Source: Chiloscyllium plagiosum
Lineage: Eukaryota
Direction: 5' to 3'
NCBI RefSeq assembly: GCF_004010195.1
Contig: NC_057711.1
Location: 80,934,420 to 80,998,419 of the forward strand
DNA: 64,000 bases
Shown here: positions 1 to 12,215 of the stretch, piece by piece
Position numbering within the stretch: position 1 is the stretch's first letter
Layout: each line of letters starts with the position of its first letter
Position numbers and translations under genes: made by a program
The notes under the pieces: model-generated
What the model saw: the letters and a program-made list of their open reading frames with translations, nothing else
What the model was told of the DNA's origin: nothing
Database searches by the model: none

Positions 1-80
1 TATCCTGGAGATGTTCTCTGAAGCGCTCTGTGAGTTGGCGTCCTGTCTCCCCAGTGTAGAGGAGACGGCATCGGGAGCAA
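1..80 (-). mobile_element. Penelope-like element fragment (GIY-YIG endonuclease region), truncated by window edge
   Basis: Reverse strand translates CSRCRLLYTGETGRQLTERFREHLQD, matching the GIY-YIG segment of the Penelope copy at ~60000-60110. Confidence 0.85.
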
Positions 81-157
81 AAGAGCGGGTTGAACAGTGA
101 GTAAAGAAAGAAAGAAACACAAGATACTCAGCTCTACAAGATGGGTTCATCCGAGAA

Positions 158-208
158 GTCTCTCTGTCTCTCTCTCCTCTCTCTCTCTCTCTTTCACTCT
201 CTCTCTCG
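158..208. repeat. (CT)n microsatellite
   Basis: Run of tc/ct dinucleotides. Confidence 0.9.
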
Positions 209-825
209 CACACAACAACCAGGACAGAAGGAAGTTCTCTAAGCAGTTACTGCCTGAGGACTTTGACTAGAAAAAACACAACAGGGTGAACATTTCACCT
301 GTAGCCTGCAGAAAACTGAACCCAAAGCCATGTGGAGAGATGCCCCATACCTCCAAATCTAAACCTTCCATAACTTTGGGAGTTTAATAACCGTCAGTAA
401 GGGAAGCCAGAGGGCCTTAGTCTAATGAAGACCAAAGGGAAGTAATCTGTTTTGTTATTATTATACAAGAACACTTAGACTAGATTGTCCCATACTGAGA
501 TTCACTATAAGAATTAAACATACTCTTATTATTCAAAACCTGAAAATTTATCGATTGCATCATTCATTATCCTTCAGTGTGATTTATAAAAGTCAGCCCA
601 GATCTCTGATTTTAAATCAGTGAGTTCAGTTGTGACCAGCAAGGCCAACTAACTCTCACGTGTGCGGAACTATGGGGATTAGCTCAACCTAACTCTCAGC
701 AGCTTTCATTATTCTGCTGTGATATTGCTTTAAAATCTTGGAACTCACAGCCTCCATAACAGTTTCATCCCATGTCCAGGACCTTCAGAAACATGGGCCT
801 ATGAATATTCCTGTATGGCTAGTAA

Positions 826-1150
826 CACTACAGAAAGCATCCTATATGGATGCATCACAGCATGGTCTGGCAACCTCTCTTCCAAGACTATAAGAAGCTA
901 CAAAGAATCATGAATACAGCCCAGTCCATCAAGCAAACCAGCCTTCCATCCATTGACTGTACTCCCCGCTGCCTCAGGAAAGCAACCAACATAAACAGAA
1001 ACCCCTCCCACCCTGGTTATACTTTCTTCCATCGGGCAGAAGATATAAAAGTTTGAATATACGTACGAACAGATTCAACAATATCTTCTTCCTTGTTGTG
1101 ATCAGACTTTTGAACAGACATCTCAAATATTAATGTTCATCTCTCTCTCC
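826..1150 (+). mobile_element. Rex1/Babar-type LINE, decayed 3' end of ORF2
   Basis: With frameshifts reads TESILYGCITAW..QDYKKLQRIMNTAQSI..LPSID..CLRKATNI..PSHPGY..GRRYKSL..RTNRF..FF..VIRLLN, the typical Rex-Babar C-terminus. Confidence 0.8.
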
Positions 1151-1669
1151 TTGCACCAATGTAGGTGACTCCTAGATGTGCTCCTTCTTGGAGTGAAATG
1201 AATCACATTACATTATTGGGATGTTGGTGTTAGGAGCTGATAGAGCTTATACACCTTTATTCTAAGGTGGTTGCTTCCCTTTGGTCCCAAGGTCTTAGCA
1301 GAGTGTTCACACAATCTTATTTTTCAGTTTATGTTTCAATTCACTCTGTTAGGTGTGTTGCGCTGAGCAGGAACATGTGTAAAAATATCTCAAGTCTCTT
1401 CTATTCATGCCATGAATTCACTGTGCCGTCTTCTTTTGTGAGCTGATTTAGGAGAAAGATGGTGGCTGAAAATTTTTCACTTGATCAATTCAATATCCAT
1501 CCTTTCCCTCTCTACTATACTTTTCTGCATCACTTAGATGGCCTTGTCCTCATCTCCATACATATTCCTGCTTCTCCCACTGCCCTCCCCAGTCCCATGC
1601 TCAGCCAAGTACCCCATGCCATACCTTAGCCTTATGTTGCACGTATTCAGTTCTTCTACTCTTTCAAAA

Positions 1670-1954
1670 GGGCAGCATGATGGCTCAGGGGCTACCACTG
1701 CTGCCTCACAGCGCCAGCTACCCAGTTTCGATTCCAGCCTCGGACGACTGCCTGTGTGGAGTTGTACGTCCTCCCTGTGTCTACATGGGGTTCCTCTGGA
1801 TGTTCCAGTTTCCTCCCACAGTCTCAGGATGTGGAGGTTAAGTGGATTAGCCATGGGAAATGCAAGATGATTGGGTGGGGTGCTCTTTTGTGGGTCAGTG
1901 TGGACTTGATGAGCTGAATGACCTGCTTCCATGCTGTAGGGAATTCTATGATTC
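1670..1954 (+). mobile_element. HE1-type tRNA-derived SINE (older copy)
   Basis: tRNA-like head with ctgctgcctcacagcgccag and B-box, conserved core tgtgtggag..ttcctcccacag, CR1-like tail attctatgattc. Confidence 0.9.
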
Positions 1955-2392
1955 CCTCTTCCCAGTGTTCCCAATGACAATAATGTAATGTTGGCTCTTA
2001 CTTATTCCCCTTGCCCTGCCATATTGATTTTCCCTTCTCCATCCCAATTTCCTCCCTCCATTTCGTAGAATTCTTCTGGTGTCCTGGCAACCAAGCCTTT
2101 CACATTCTGTTCCTTATAGTTCCATTCTACCCAAAACGCCTTAGTCTGAACCTGTTGATTTGAGCCTCACTGACCAACCCTGTCAGGTTTGCTGGTGTTG
2201 GCGAGAGTGGCTGCCTCACTTAGAGAGTGAGAGCCTTGTCCAGTTGCCTAGGAATACAGAGCCTTGTATTTCCACCCAGGAAGCCTCAAGCTTGTAGTCT
2301 CTCCCTCACAGAGCCAATGTGCAGAACTCAGACTAACATGAAGACACTCGCCTTGGTACCATTTACTGCTCCTTCAAATACAGACCATTTCA

Positions 2393-2876
2393 CATTGATG
2401 TACAGCACAGAAACAGACCCTTCAGTCCAACTTGCTCATGGCAAACAAATATCTCAAACTGATCTAGTTCCATTTGCCAGCACTTGGCCCATATGTCTCT
2501 AAACTCTTCCTATTCATATACCCATCCAGATGTTTTATAAATATTGCAATTGTACCAGCCTACACCACTTCCTCTGGCAGCTCATTCCGTACATGCACCA
2601 CTCTTTGTGTGAAAATGTTGCCCCTTGGATCCATTTTAAATTTGTCCCCCCTCACCCTAAACCTATGTCCTCTAGTTCTACACTCCCCCACCTCAGGGAA
2701 AAGACGTTGTCTATTTACCCTATCCAAGCCCCTCGCGATTTTACAAACCTCTAGAAGGTCACCCCTCAGCCTCCAACACTCCAGAAAAAACAGCGCTCGC
2801 CTATTTAGCCTCTTCCTATAGCTCAAACCCTCCCATCCTGGCAACATCCTTGCAAATCTTTTCTGAGCCCTTTAAC
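2393..2876 (-). mobile_element. CR1 LINE 3' fragment
   Basis: ORF 2560..2847 LSYRKRLNR..FFLECWRLRGDL..TRGH..FTQRVVHVRNELP plus CR1 3' UTR. Confidence 0.95.
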
Positions 2877-3132
2877 TTCATAGCGAGTCAGCTGTTCACT
2901 ACTTTTTTTTTGCTGAACACTTTGGAAACCAGCAGCTCTCGGAAGCAACCTCCTGGTCTGCTACATTCTCTCTTTTTTCCCATTTTAAAGTATCATTTTG
3001 ATTTATTTCTTTCAAAGTTCCAAAACAAAGCAAGAGCTTATAAACAGTAATCCCTGCTCCAGGGATTCGAGGAAATCAACTCCAACACTGAAAAGAAATC
3101 CTCAAAAAACAGGCAGCTCTTACTAGAGGCTA

Positions 3133-3665
3133 GAATCCCTAGTGTGGAAACAGGCCCTTTGGTGCAACAAGTCCACATCGACCCTCTGAAGAGTAACCCG
3201 CCCAGACCCATTCCCCAACTACTCTATATTAACCCCTGACTCATGCACCTAACCCACACATCCCTGAACACAATTGGCAATTTAGCATGGCCAATTCAGC
3301 TAACCTGCACATCTTTGGATTGTGAGAGGAAACCCATGCAGACATGGGGAGAATGTGCAAACTCCACACAAACAGATGCCCAAGGGAGATTAGATTAGAT
3401 TAGATTACATTACAGTGTGGAAACAGGCCCTTCGGCCCAACAAGTCCACACCGACTCGCCGAAGCGCAACCATACCCCTACATTTACCCCTTACCTAACA
3501 CTACGGGCAATTTAGCATGGCCAATTCACCTGACCTGCACATCTTTGGACTGTGGGAGGAAACTGGAGCACCCGGAGGAAACCCACGCAGTCACGGGGAG
3601 GAATCGAATCCAGGTCCATGCACTGTAAGGCAGCAGTGTTAAACACTGAGCCACTGAACCACTAC
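3133..3665 (-). mobile_element. Older HE1 SINE interrupted by a younger 5'-truncated HE1 (3389-3600)
   Basis: Old SINE breaks at ~3388 and resumes at 3601 (gaatcgaatcc). The insert begins with an (attag)n tail, and GGGAG flanks both sides. Confidence 0.85.
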
Positions 3666-4775
3666 CAGCTGCCAATATGTGAAAGAAACAGCCTGCAATT
3701 GGAAAAACAGTACCGTGTGGATTACCGACTTACCAATAGTTTGAGTATGGATTTTGCAGGCAGCAATGACATGTAATGGCGGGCTGCATTTATGCCCTGG
3801 GCTTCAGATAGAGAAAACTACTGTTGTATTTCTTGATAGCAGCTTGTAAAATCATGGTTAATGCGTGCTAATCTTAGAAAAATTGGGTTTTTTTTTTGCA
3901 GAAAGGTGAAGATATTTAACAAACTAGGTTAAAAGATCGGTTTGAAAACATACTTTCATGCAATATCAAGCAGAAAAAGAATGGAAAAACATAAAATGGG
4001 AAATAAGGAGAATGTCATGAGAGGAATTGATCATTATGACATGGGAGTTCAAGACACTGAAGTAAAATGAGGGATTTCATGTTAGGGATTACTGTAAATA
4101 AATGCAATTATTGATGGTAGGAGAAGAATCACAAATAAGTTACTGGAGCTTGAAGGTTATTTGTAGAAAGAATTAAATGCTAAACATAGGGCCACAGACT
4201 GGGAATGGGCATGGTTTCATCTCATTCATTTTAAGTTTTGTTTTAAAACAGCTGAGGGATTAGTGGTGGCACTGTTAAAAAGAGAGGATCTGTGAGTAAT
4301 CCAAGTATTTTATTTAATCTGAGATAAATAAATCTAATCCTTAGACTTGGACAAGAAATGAATATTACAGTGATGATAAACTGGAGCAAGATGTAAACAA
4401 GAAATCTCTCCTAGAAAGAGGCCAACAAGACAAAGGACAAAGGAAAATATTCTGTCTGCCGCCTGTGTGTGTTTTGGTGTAATCAGAGTTTAAAAGTTCA
4501 AAATGGAACTGTCAAACCTTCAGGTATCTGCTAACAAGTTAAAATCCAAACCATTTATAAATGCAGGACCGTGTATCCAAATATTTTGTGTGAGCTGGAG
4601 AGGGGTGGGCCTTAAAAACTATATTAAAAACTAGAAACATGGAAATTCCATTGCACATCTGTGCATGAAACCACCAGCAAAAAGTGGAGTTATGGTTTTC
4701 TGAGGGTCCTCAAAGCAAATGAACTTCCATCCATTTCATTTGACTTTAGGGGATTGGGATTTGAGGATGATTTGC

Positions 4776-4880
4776 AGGTGCCGGTGTTGGACTGGGGTGG
4801 ACAAAGCTAAAAATCACACAACACCAAGTTATAATCCAACAGGTTTATTTAGAATCACTAGCTTTCAAAGCACTGCTTCT
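4776..4880 (-). mobile_element. Penelope pseudo-LTR end, same family as 27200-27325, with partial hammerhead (GAAAGCTAGTG)
   Basis: Reverse complement matches 27215-27320. Confidence 0.75.
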
Positions 4881-5344
4881 GTGTGATTTGAGGAAGGAGT
4901 ACATGTCACTGTGTGGTCAACAGCCTTATTTTTTATCAGCTTATTATTCATAACAATTAGTTCCTACCTCATTCCGTGAACATGTATCCTGTGATGCCCA
5001 ATACTGCTTCTCTGAAGTCATGTCTAAAGCAACAATGTATCAGTCCATCAACCTACCAGTCACCTGGAGAGCTGAAAGAAATGTACATGATGAACATCAA
5101 GTATTTTCAATTAAAATGTGATGATTTCTGAAATAATGCAACCAAAAGGCATAACACAGTGGGTGCCTGTCAGTAAAAATCAAAACACATTAAATAAAAT
5201 AAATGCTGGAATAGTTTGAAAAATCAATCCAAATTAAGGTCAACATGAGTGAGAGAGAAATCTGCAGGAAAATGAAATGTACACCCAGTGGAACAGAAAG
5301 GAAGGTCAGAAAGAGTTTTGAATTTCAGAATTGTTACAATGCAG

Positions 5345-5498
5345 GAGACAGTGAGGTCTGCAGATGCTGGAGATCAGAGTTGAGAGGGTGGCTGCTGGAA
5401 AAGCACAGCAGGTCAGGCAGCATCTGGCCCGAAATGTTGATTTTCCTGTTCCTCTGATGCTGCCTGACCTGCTGTGCTTTTCCAGCAACACACTTTCA
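5345..5498. mobile_element. Penelope pseudo-LTR mini-insertion with inverted arms
   Basis: Perfect 32-bp inverted repeat 5393-5424/5456-5487; imperfect TSD acaatgcag (5336-5344)/acagtgcag (5499-5507); same sequence as the pLTRs at 59564 and 62050. Confidence 0.85.
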
Positions 5499-7198
5499 AC
5501 AGTGCAGAAGGAGGCTGTTCTGCCCATCCTATCTGCACTAGCTCAAGGAGTATTTTAACTTTCTGTCATTCTTTTGACTTCTCTCCTTGCCACAATATTA
5601 TTGCTATGTAAATAATCATCTAATGCCCTCATGAATGTTTCAGTGGAACTTGCCTACAGCTGCGAGCTGTGCATTCCAGGCCCCTATCTCACTGTGTAAT
5701 TTTTTTTCCCTCAGCTCATATTTGCTTGTTTTACCAGTGACCTTATTAGCTTATACCTATGTACTCACATTCACCATAATTTTACAAGTGGGAACAGTTT
5801 CTCCCTATAATCTCTGTCTGGCCGATTTGTGATTTTGCAAATATCTATCAGTGCCCCTCTTAGCTTTCTCCTCTTCAAAGAAAACAATCCCAACTTCTCT
5901 TTCATGATAATTGAAGTGAGTCACCCCTAGAACCACATACATGAACCCATTCTGCACTCTCCAATGCATCCACATCTTTCCTGAAGTGTCATGCCTAAAA
6001 TTATACACAGCCCTCCAACTGAGGTCTAACTATTATCTTATAAGCTCAGCATATCCTCCATCCAGCTGTACTCTGCATTTCTATTAATAGCACAGAATAT
6101 TATATATTTTATTAAATATGCTTTCTACCTGTCTTGCCACCTTTAATAATTTGTGCACATATGCATCCCAGTTGCTGTGTTCCAGTACACCCTTTAGATT
6201 AGTACCCTTTGTCTTGAACAGTACGTCCATGCTCTATCTCCCACAATGTATCACCTTACACTTCTCTGCATGGAACTTCATCTGCCCCCTATTCGTCCAC
6301 TACACTAATTTGTCAATATCCCTTTGTAGTTTTACACTGATCTCCATCAAGTTTACAAAGCTTCCCAGTCTTGTATCATCAGCAAGCTTGGAAATTGTTC
6401 CCTGCCTCCGAAGATATAGATCACTAATATATATCAGGAGAAGCCAGGATCCTAAAATTAACCTCTGGGGAACACCAGTGTAAATCTTCTTCCAGCCCCC
6501 CCAAAACATCCAGTGACCATTACACATTATTTCCTCTCAGTCAGCCAGTCCTGCATCCATTTTGCTCTGTGCCATTTACTCCATGAGCTTTGGCTTCATT
6601 CACAAGTCTGTTGTTTGGCACAGTATTGAATGGATATTGGAAGTCCATATGGTGTATACCACATCAATCTTCATCAACTTTCTCTGTTGCATCTGGAAGA
6701 AAACACCACAAAGTTTATTAAACATAATTTTCCCTGAAGAAATCCATGCTAGCTCTTCCTAATAATTTCACATTTTCCATATTACTATCTGTTTAACTTT
6801 GAATATTTCTTTCAAAAAATTTCTCCAGCACTGAAGTTAACCTGAGTGGTCACTAATCGCTGTGTTTACCCAGGCAAACATATTTGAACAAGGGTGTTAT
6901 TTTTGCAGTTCACCAGTCCTTTGGGACTACCACTGAGTTTAGAGAAGACTGAAAAATTGTGGTCAATGCCCCTGAAACTTCCACGCTTCATTTTTTGCAT
7001 GCATCTTATTGGGTTCCAGAACCCTATCAACTCTAACTACCAACAGCCTATTCAGTGCATCTTCCTTATCAATTTTAAACACTTCTGGTGACAAAGCTTC
7101 CTCCTCTGTCACGATATCTTGGGCAGCATCTCATTCCTCAGTAAAGACTGATGCAAAGTAATCAATCAAGACATCAGCCTATCCCCTGCCTCCAGACA

Positions 7199-8527
7199 AT
7201 ATTCTAATGATGACTGCGGAATAGGATGCTTCAGAAAGAGCTTATCCGCTCTGTCCATTTCCTTTCTTTCTTTCTCTCTTTTTTTAATTCTCTTTTTGTA
7301 TTTTCTTTTCCTGCTTCTCTTTTCTTCCTTTTCCTGGCCACAGACTCCCAGGCATGGACTCAGCAAGGACTTGGCATTGCAGCCTCCCGACCTGATGTGG
7401 CGGTCTTTTGGCCCAGCGTGGCAGTCTCTCGACCGAGCATGGTAGTCCTTCGGCCCAGCGTGGCAGTCTCTCGGCCCAGCGTGGCAGTCTCTCGGCCCAG
7501 CATGCCTATCTGTCAACCCAGAGTGGCAGTCTCTCGGCCTGGCATTGCAGTGTCTCACCCTAGTATGGCAGTCTCTGAACCAAGTGTGATGATCTCTCGA
7601 CCTAGCGTGACAGTCTCTCAACCCAGCGTGGTTGTCTCTTGACCAGGTCTGGCAGTCTCTCGACCTAGCATGACGGTATCTCGACCCAGCGTGACGATCT
7701 CTCGACCCAGCGTGACAGTCTCTCAGCCCAGTGTGGCGGTCTCTCGACCCAGCGTGACCATCTCGCAACCCAACGTGATGGTCACTCCACCCAGCGTGGC
7801 AGTCTCTTGACCCAGCGTGGTGGTCTGTCGGCCCAGCGTGACCATCTCGCAACCCAGCGTGATGGTCACTCCACCCAGCGTGGTAGTCTCTCGGCCCAGT
7901 GTGGCGGTCTCTCAATCCAATGTGGCAGTCTCTTGTCTCAGCATGGCAGTGTCTCAGTGACCCAGCATGACGGTGTCTCGACCCAGCTTGACAGTCACAT
8001 GGCCCAGCGTGACAGTCGCATAGCTCAGCATGGCGGAGTCTCGCCCCAGCTTGGCGGTCTCTCAGTGACCCAGCATGGCAGTGTCTCAATCCAGATTGGC
8101 AGTCACATGGCCCAGCGTGGTGGTCACATGGCCCAGCATTACTGTCACTTGACCCAGCGTGGCTCAGCATGACTACTGATCTTGAGGTGATTCCTTGAAG
8201 TGCAGTCCCATTCTGGCTAAGTACTCAAAGCTGTAAAGTTTGAACTTCTAGCTTTATTTCTTTATTGTCTACTTAAAACAAAAAAGGTCTGCAATGTGTA
8301 ACTTTTAACCTTATTTTATATGTTTTATACCATGCTGTAATTACTGCTTGTTTAACTTGTAACCTTGTTCTTCCTTTCTACCTTATTCCTAAGGTTCTAC
8401 ATCTAGGCATCTGCACCTCAGTATTTTTACCTAAGATGGCACCTTGTGTGGTAACATTATACACTTTTCACTCTACTCCTGTGTTTCTGTACCTGAGTAC
8501 ACATGACAATAAAATCAAAATCAAAAA
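7199..8527 (+). mobile_element. Composite non-autonomous retroposon: head, T-rich tract, 21-bp VNTR and Rex/Babar-like 3' tail
   Basis: TSD AGACA (7194-7198, 8528-8532) inside the host CR1; tail cctaagatgg..cttttcact..gacaataaa(atcaaa)n; head and tail resemble the element at 12086-13757. Confidence 0.7.
7375..8170. repeat. 21-bp GC-rich minisatellite (unit ~cccagcgtggcagtctctcgg)
   Basis: About 37 degenerate units; minus-strand translation gives 7-aa HAGxRDC repeats. Confidence 0.95.
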
Positions 8528-8827
8528 AGACATAAATGTTTTCGGTCCCTAATCAGCTATACTCCTCCTTTTACCACCTTTTCTGTGTGTATCGTAAACT
8601 TTGGTATTCCCTTTCATGCTAATTGTTTTTAATAGTCCCTCTTTGATGTTTATTTACTTTCTCACTTTCCCCTGGAACCTCCAGCATAGTTCTCAATTGT
8701 GTTTTCTAGGTGTTACCTGTCACAAGCATGCTTTTTCTTCTTTATCTTAACCTCTATCTACTTTCTCATCCAGGGACCTCTGGTGTTTGTTTGCCCTGCC
8801 TTGTCTTTTTTGTGGGAATTCCTACTA

Positions 8828-9293
8828 GATTTGCAAGGATGTTGCCAAGGTTGGAGGATTGGAGATATAGGGAGAGGCTAAACAGGCTAGGGCTGTTTTC
8901 CCTGGAGCGTCAGAGGCTGAGGGCTGACCTTATAGAAGTTTACAAAGTTATGAGGGACATGGATAAGATAAATAAACAAAGTGTTTTCCCTGGGATTGGG
9001 GAGTCCAGAACTAGAGGGCGTAGGTTTAGAGTGAGAGGGGAAAGATATAAAAGAGACCTAAGGGGCAAGATTTTCATGCAGAGGATGGTACGAGTATGGA
9101 ATGAACTATCAGAGGACATGGTGGAGGCTGGTACAATTGCAACATTTAAGAGGCATTTGGATGGGTATATGAATAGGAAGGGTTTGGAGGGATATGGGCC
9201 GGGTGCTGGCAGGTGGGATTAGATTGGGTTGGGATATCTGGTCGGCATAGATGGTTAGGACCGAAGAGTCTGTTTCCATGCTATGACTCTATG
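8828..9293 (+). mobile_element. Younger CR1 LINE 3' fragment
   Basis: RFARMLPRLED..RLNRLGLFSLERQRLRADL..RVWNEL..GYGPGAGRWD, tail ctatgactctatga. Confidence 0.95.
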
Positions 9294-10875
9294 AGTTGCT
9301 AACTTCATTCTATTTGGCCCAACTTTATTCTTGCCAGATTGAAGTCAGCTCTCCCTCAGGTAATTATTTTTACTTCAAATTGTCTTTCGTTCTTGTCCAC
9401 TGTCATCCTAAAGCACGTGATACAATAATCAACCTTCCTTAAAAGCTCCCCCACTGACACTTGATGTACTTGACCCACCTTATTCTCAAAAACCAAATCT
9501 AACAGTGCCTCATTTCTTGTTGGACTTGATCTGTATTACTGTAAATAACCTCCTGAACACAAGTTAGGAATGCTCATAAATAGTTATTAGGTACAAATAT
9601 TACATTCACAGGCACATTAGTGTCTGTGCCAACATTAGTTTATTTGATTACAACTGAGGAATCTTGTGCTCCTTATGATGTGTCATGCTTCAAGTGATCT
9701 TCATTCCGACGCAGTATGCAATCTTCCTATCCCTAGATCACATGCAGTGATGATATCACGAGCATGGCTCTTAAAAGTCTGGTGAACTTACTGGGTGGAA
9801 TTCGATCAATGCCTGACTGTGGTCGGCTAAAGGTGATTTTTGCTTGGTTCATGACTTCATTAACTGCACATCTCAACTCATTAATATGCAACTTTCCATC
9901 TCATTAACCAACTACGAGCAACCCAGATGTCAAAAATTCTTAACATTTAATTCAGAGCGAGTACCTGGTGATATCAAATCACCACTGGCTCGGAAGAATC
10001 ACCATGCACTCACTGGTACACATATCAAATGCACATCCTATGTGCATTGATGTCCCACACACACTTCATGGTTATTGGTGTCAGCCTCGAAGCGCTCTTA
10101 TAGCTTATTTCTGATCCACTGACAGCAGCAATTCAGTGCTGCATGTTGGGGTGCAATGGTAGCTGTCATCATTATGCTACTCAAGGATACTTTGCACTCA
10201 GCTTTTGGACTGGACCAAACTGCATCTTCGGCTGCTTCTTTGTTCATTTTATTCTCACTCACTTTTTGAGCAACTCTGGATGTGCACAACATCTCTGCCT
10301 TGTCTTGGCTTACCTTCCTTTGTGTTTTTACACCTTGTCCCTCAACTATATCACACTTACAGCCAGGAGGTCCCTTCAGTGATGGGATCCGAACACAGTA
10401 AGAGAAGTGGAGCTTCCTATAGTAATCAAGGATATCCAGCAGTGATGTGTCATTCCATGTCCGGTGAGTTGGAAAATGGGGCTCAAGTCAGTTGACAGTA
10501 CGTGATGGGCTAAGTAAGTAGTTAATGAGGTGAATTGTTAAGATATGGTGAGAGATCTCATAAGATCTCAGAGAGAGAAACCCTCCATCTAACCTGATAA
10601 GCCTACTGAGTCTCCTAAAAGTGCACTGACATGCTGCCTTTGTGACAACACAGTGGGAATGTTTGTGCCCTCAACACTGAGGAGATCGGGGGTAAAAGGG
10701 CAAGTGTTCCATTCCCTTTGATTGCATAGGCAGGTCCTAGTGATGGTAGCTCGCATTCAGCTAGCACTTTTAATGTCAGGCAAGTTGAAGATACAGGTAA
10801 ACAGGACAGCATTAAGAGTAAAGGAAACCACAGAGGAAAAGCCTCAGAATAAGGGAATGTCACTCCACTATCCAG

Positions 10876-11590
10876 TCATAAGAACATAAGAACTAGGAAC
10901 AGGAGTAGGCCAATCTGGCCCTTCAAGCCTGTCCCACCATTCAATAAGTTCACGGCTGATCTTTTCATGGACTCACACCACTTACTCGCCCTCTCATCAT
11001 GACCCTTAATACATTTACTGTTCAAAACTCTACCTATCTTTGCATGAAAAACATTCAACAAGGTGACCTTAACTGCTTCACTAGGCAGGGAATTCCACAC
11101 ATTCACAACCCTTTGCATGAAGAAATTCCTCCTCAACTCAGTCTTTAATCTGCTCCCCTTTATTCTGAAGCTATGTCTCCTTGCTCTAGTTTTACCCGTC
11201 AGATTGTATCTTATCTATTCAATTCATAATTTTATATGCTTCCGTAAGATACCCCCTCATTCTTCTAAATTCAAATGAGTATAGTCCCAATTTATTCAAT
11301 CTCTCCTCGCAAAACATACCTCTGAACTCCAGAATCAATCTAAGGAACCTCCTCTATACCCCTTCCAGTGCCAGTACATCCTTTCTCAAGTAAGGAGACC
11401 AAAACTCTCCACAGTATTGCAGGTATAGCCTCACTAGCATCCTGCACAGCTGCGGCATAACTTTGAATTGAATTGAATTGAATTAGTTTTAAAATCCAGT
11501 TAAGGACAATATTCTATTTGCCTTCTTAATTCCCTGCTGCACATACAAACCAAAGTTTTGTGATTCATGCACAAGGACAAAAGGTCCTCA
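10876..11590 (-). mobile_element. CR1 LINE 3' fragment with (cttatgtt)-type tail
   Basis: ORF 10876..11136 RRNFFMQRVVNVWNSLP; cataagaacataagaa tail on the + strand. Confidence 0.9.
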
Positions 11591-11671
11591 TGCCTGACTG
11601 GCGGTGCTATTGCAAGCAGTCAGAGGAAGAAGAGAGCTCCTGTTTCCAACATATAGGGAGGAGTCCAACAA

Positions 11672-11792
11672 CCTACCGACTCCCACAGCTACCTGGACTA
11701 CACCTCCTCCCATCGCTGCCTGACCTGCTGTGCTGTTCCAGCAATAAAGTTTCAACTTTGATCTCCAGCATCTGCAGACCTCACTTTCTCCT
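11672..11792 (+). mobile_element. 121-bp Penelope chimeric mini-insertion (RT fragment joined to pLTR end)
   Basis: 13-bp TSD aggagtccaacaa (11659-11671, 11793-11805); first 42 nt encode PTDSHSYLDYTSSH; remainder is the pLTR terminus. Confidence 0.85.
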
Positions 11793-12215
11793 AGGAGTCC
11801 AACAAATCTTGGCAAGAAGACATAGCTTAAGAGGGAAAATATTGTAAATGGATTAGGGGTCATTGTAAAAACTTGGAATCAGAGCAGGAAGAGAATTGAT
11901 GACCTGTTGAATGTGGAAGGGTCAGTGGCATTTAGTTTTCAAAACTGAAGACCAGCATGCATTAAAAGGCAAAGATGAAATGCAAGCCTAAGGGATAAAC
12001 CTATACATGAAACTATACCAGGCACCAATGTCTACATGTTTACAAACACTCTGGTTCTATGCTACGTGATAGGGAATGTCATATCGAATTGAATTGAATT
12101 AGCTTTATTGTCCTGTGCATTCAAATGAGTGCAGTGAAAAATTTGCCATGCTGCCAATTATGGCACCATCTTAGGTATAAGATACCTTGGTACAGATACT
12201 TAAATATTTGATACA

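Larger units (their letters stand above)
5500..9560 (-). mobile_element. Old, decayed CR1 LINE interrupted by insertions at 7199-8527 and 8828-9293
   Basis: ORF 6300..6527 TGVPQRLILG..LLIYISDL..ISKLADDTRLG (RT motifs); CR1-like sequence resumes at 8533-8820 and 9295-9560. Confidence 0.8.

Noticed and set aside
80..700. LTR-like composition after the Penelope fragment
   Set aside because: No TG..CA boundaries or TSD could be established
7375..8170. Regular array considered as CRISPR
   Set aside because: Head-to-tail degenerate 21-mers with no unique spacers, no cas genes, vertebrate context
9620..10860. Cluster of short ORFs in non-CR1 sequence
   Set aside because: No recognisable motif or splice structure; possibly an old repeat but unsupported
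11462..11486. (gaatt)n run matching the tail at 12086
   Set aside because: Too short to distinguish a tail-only insertion from a simple microsatellite
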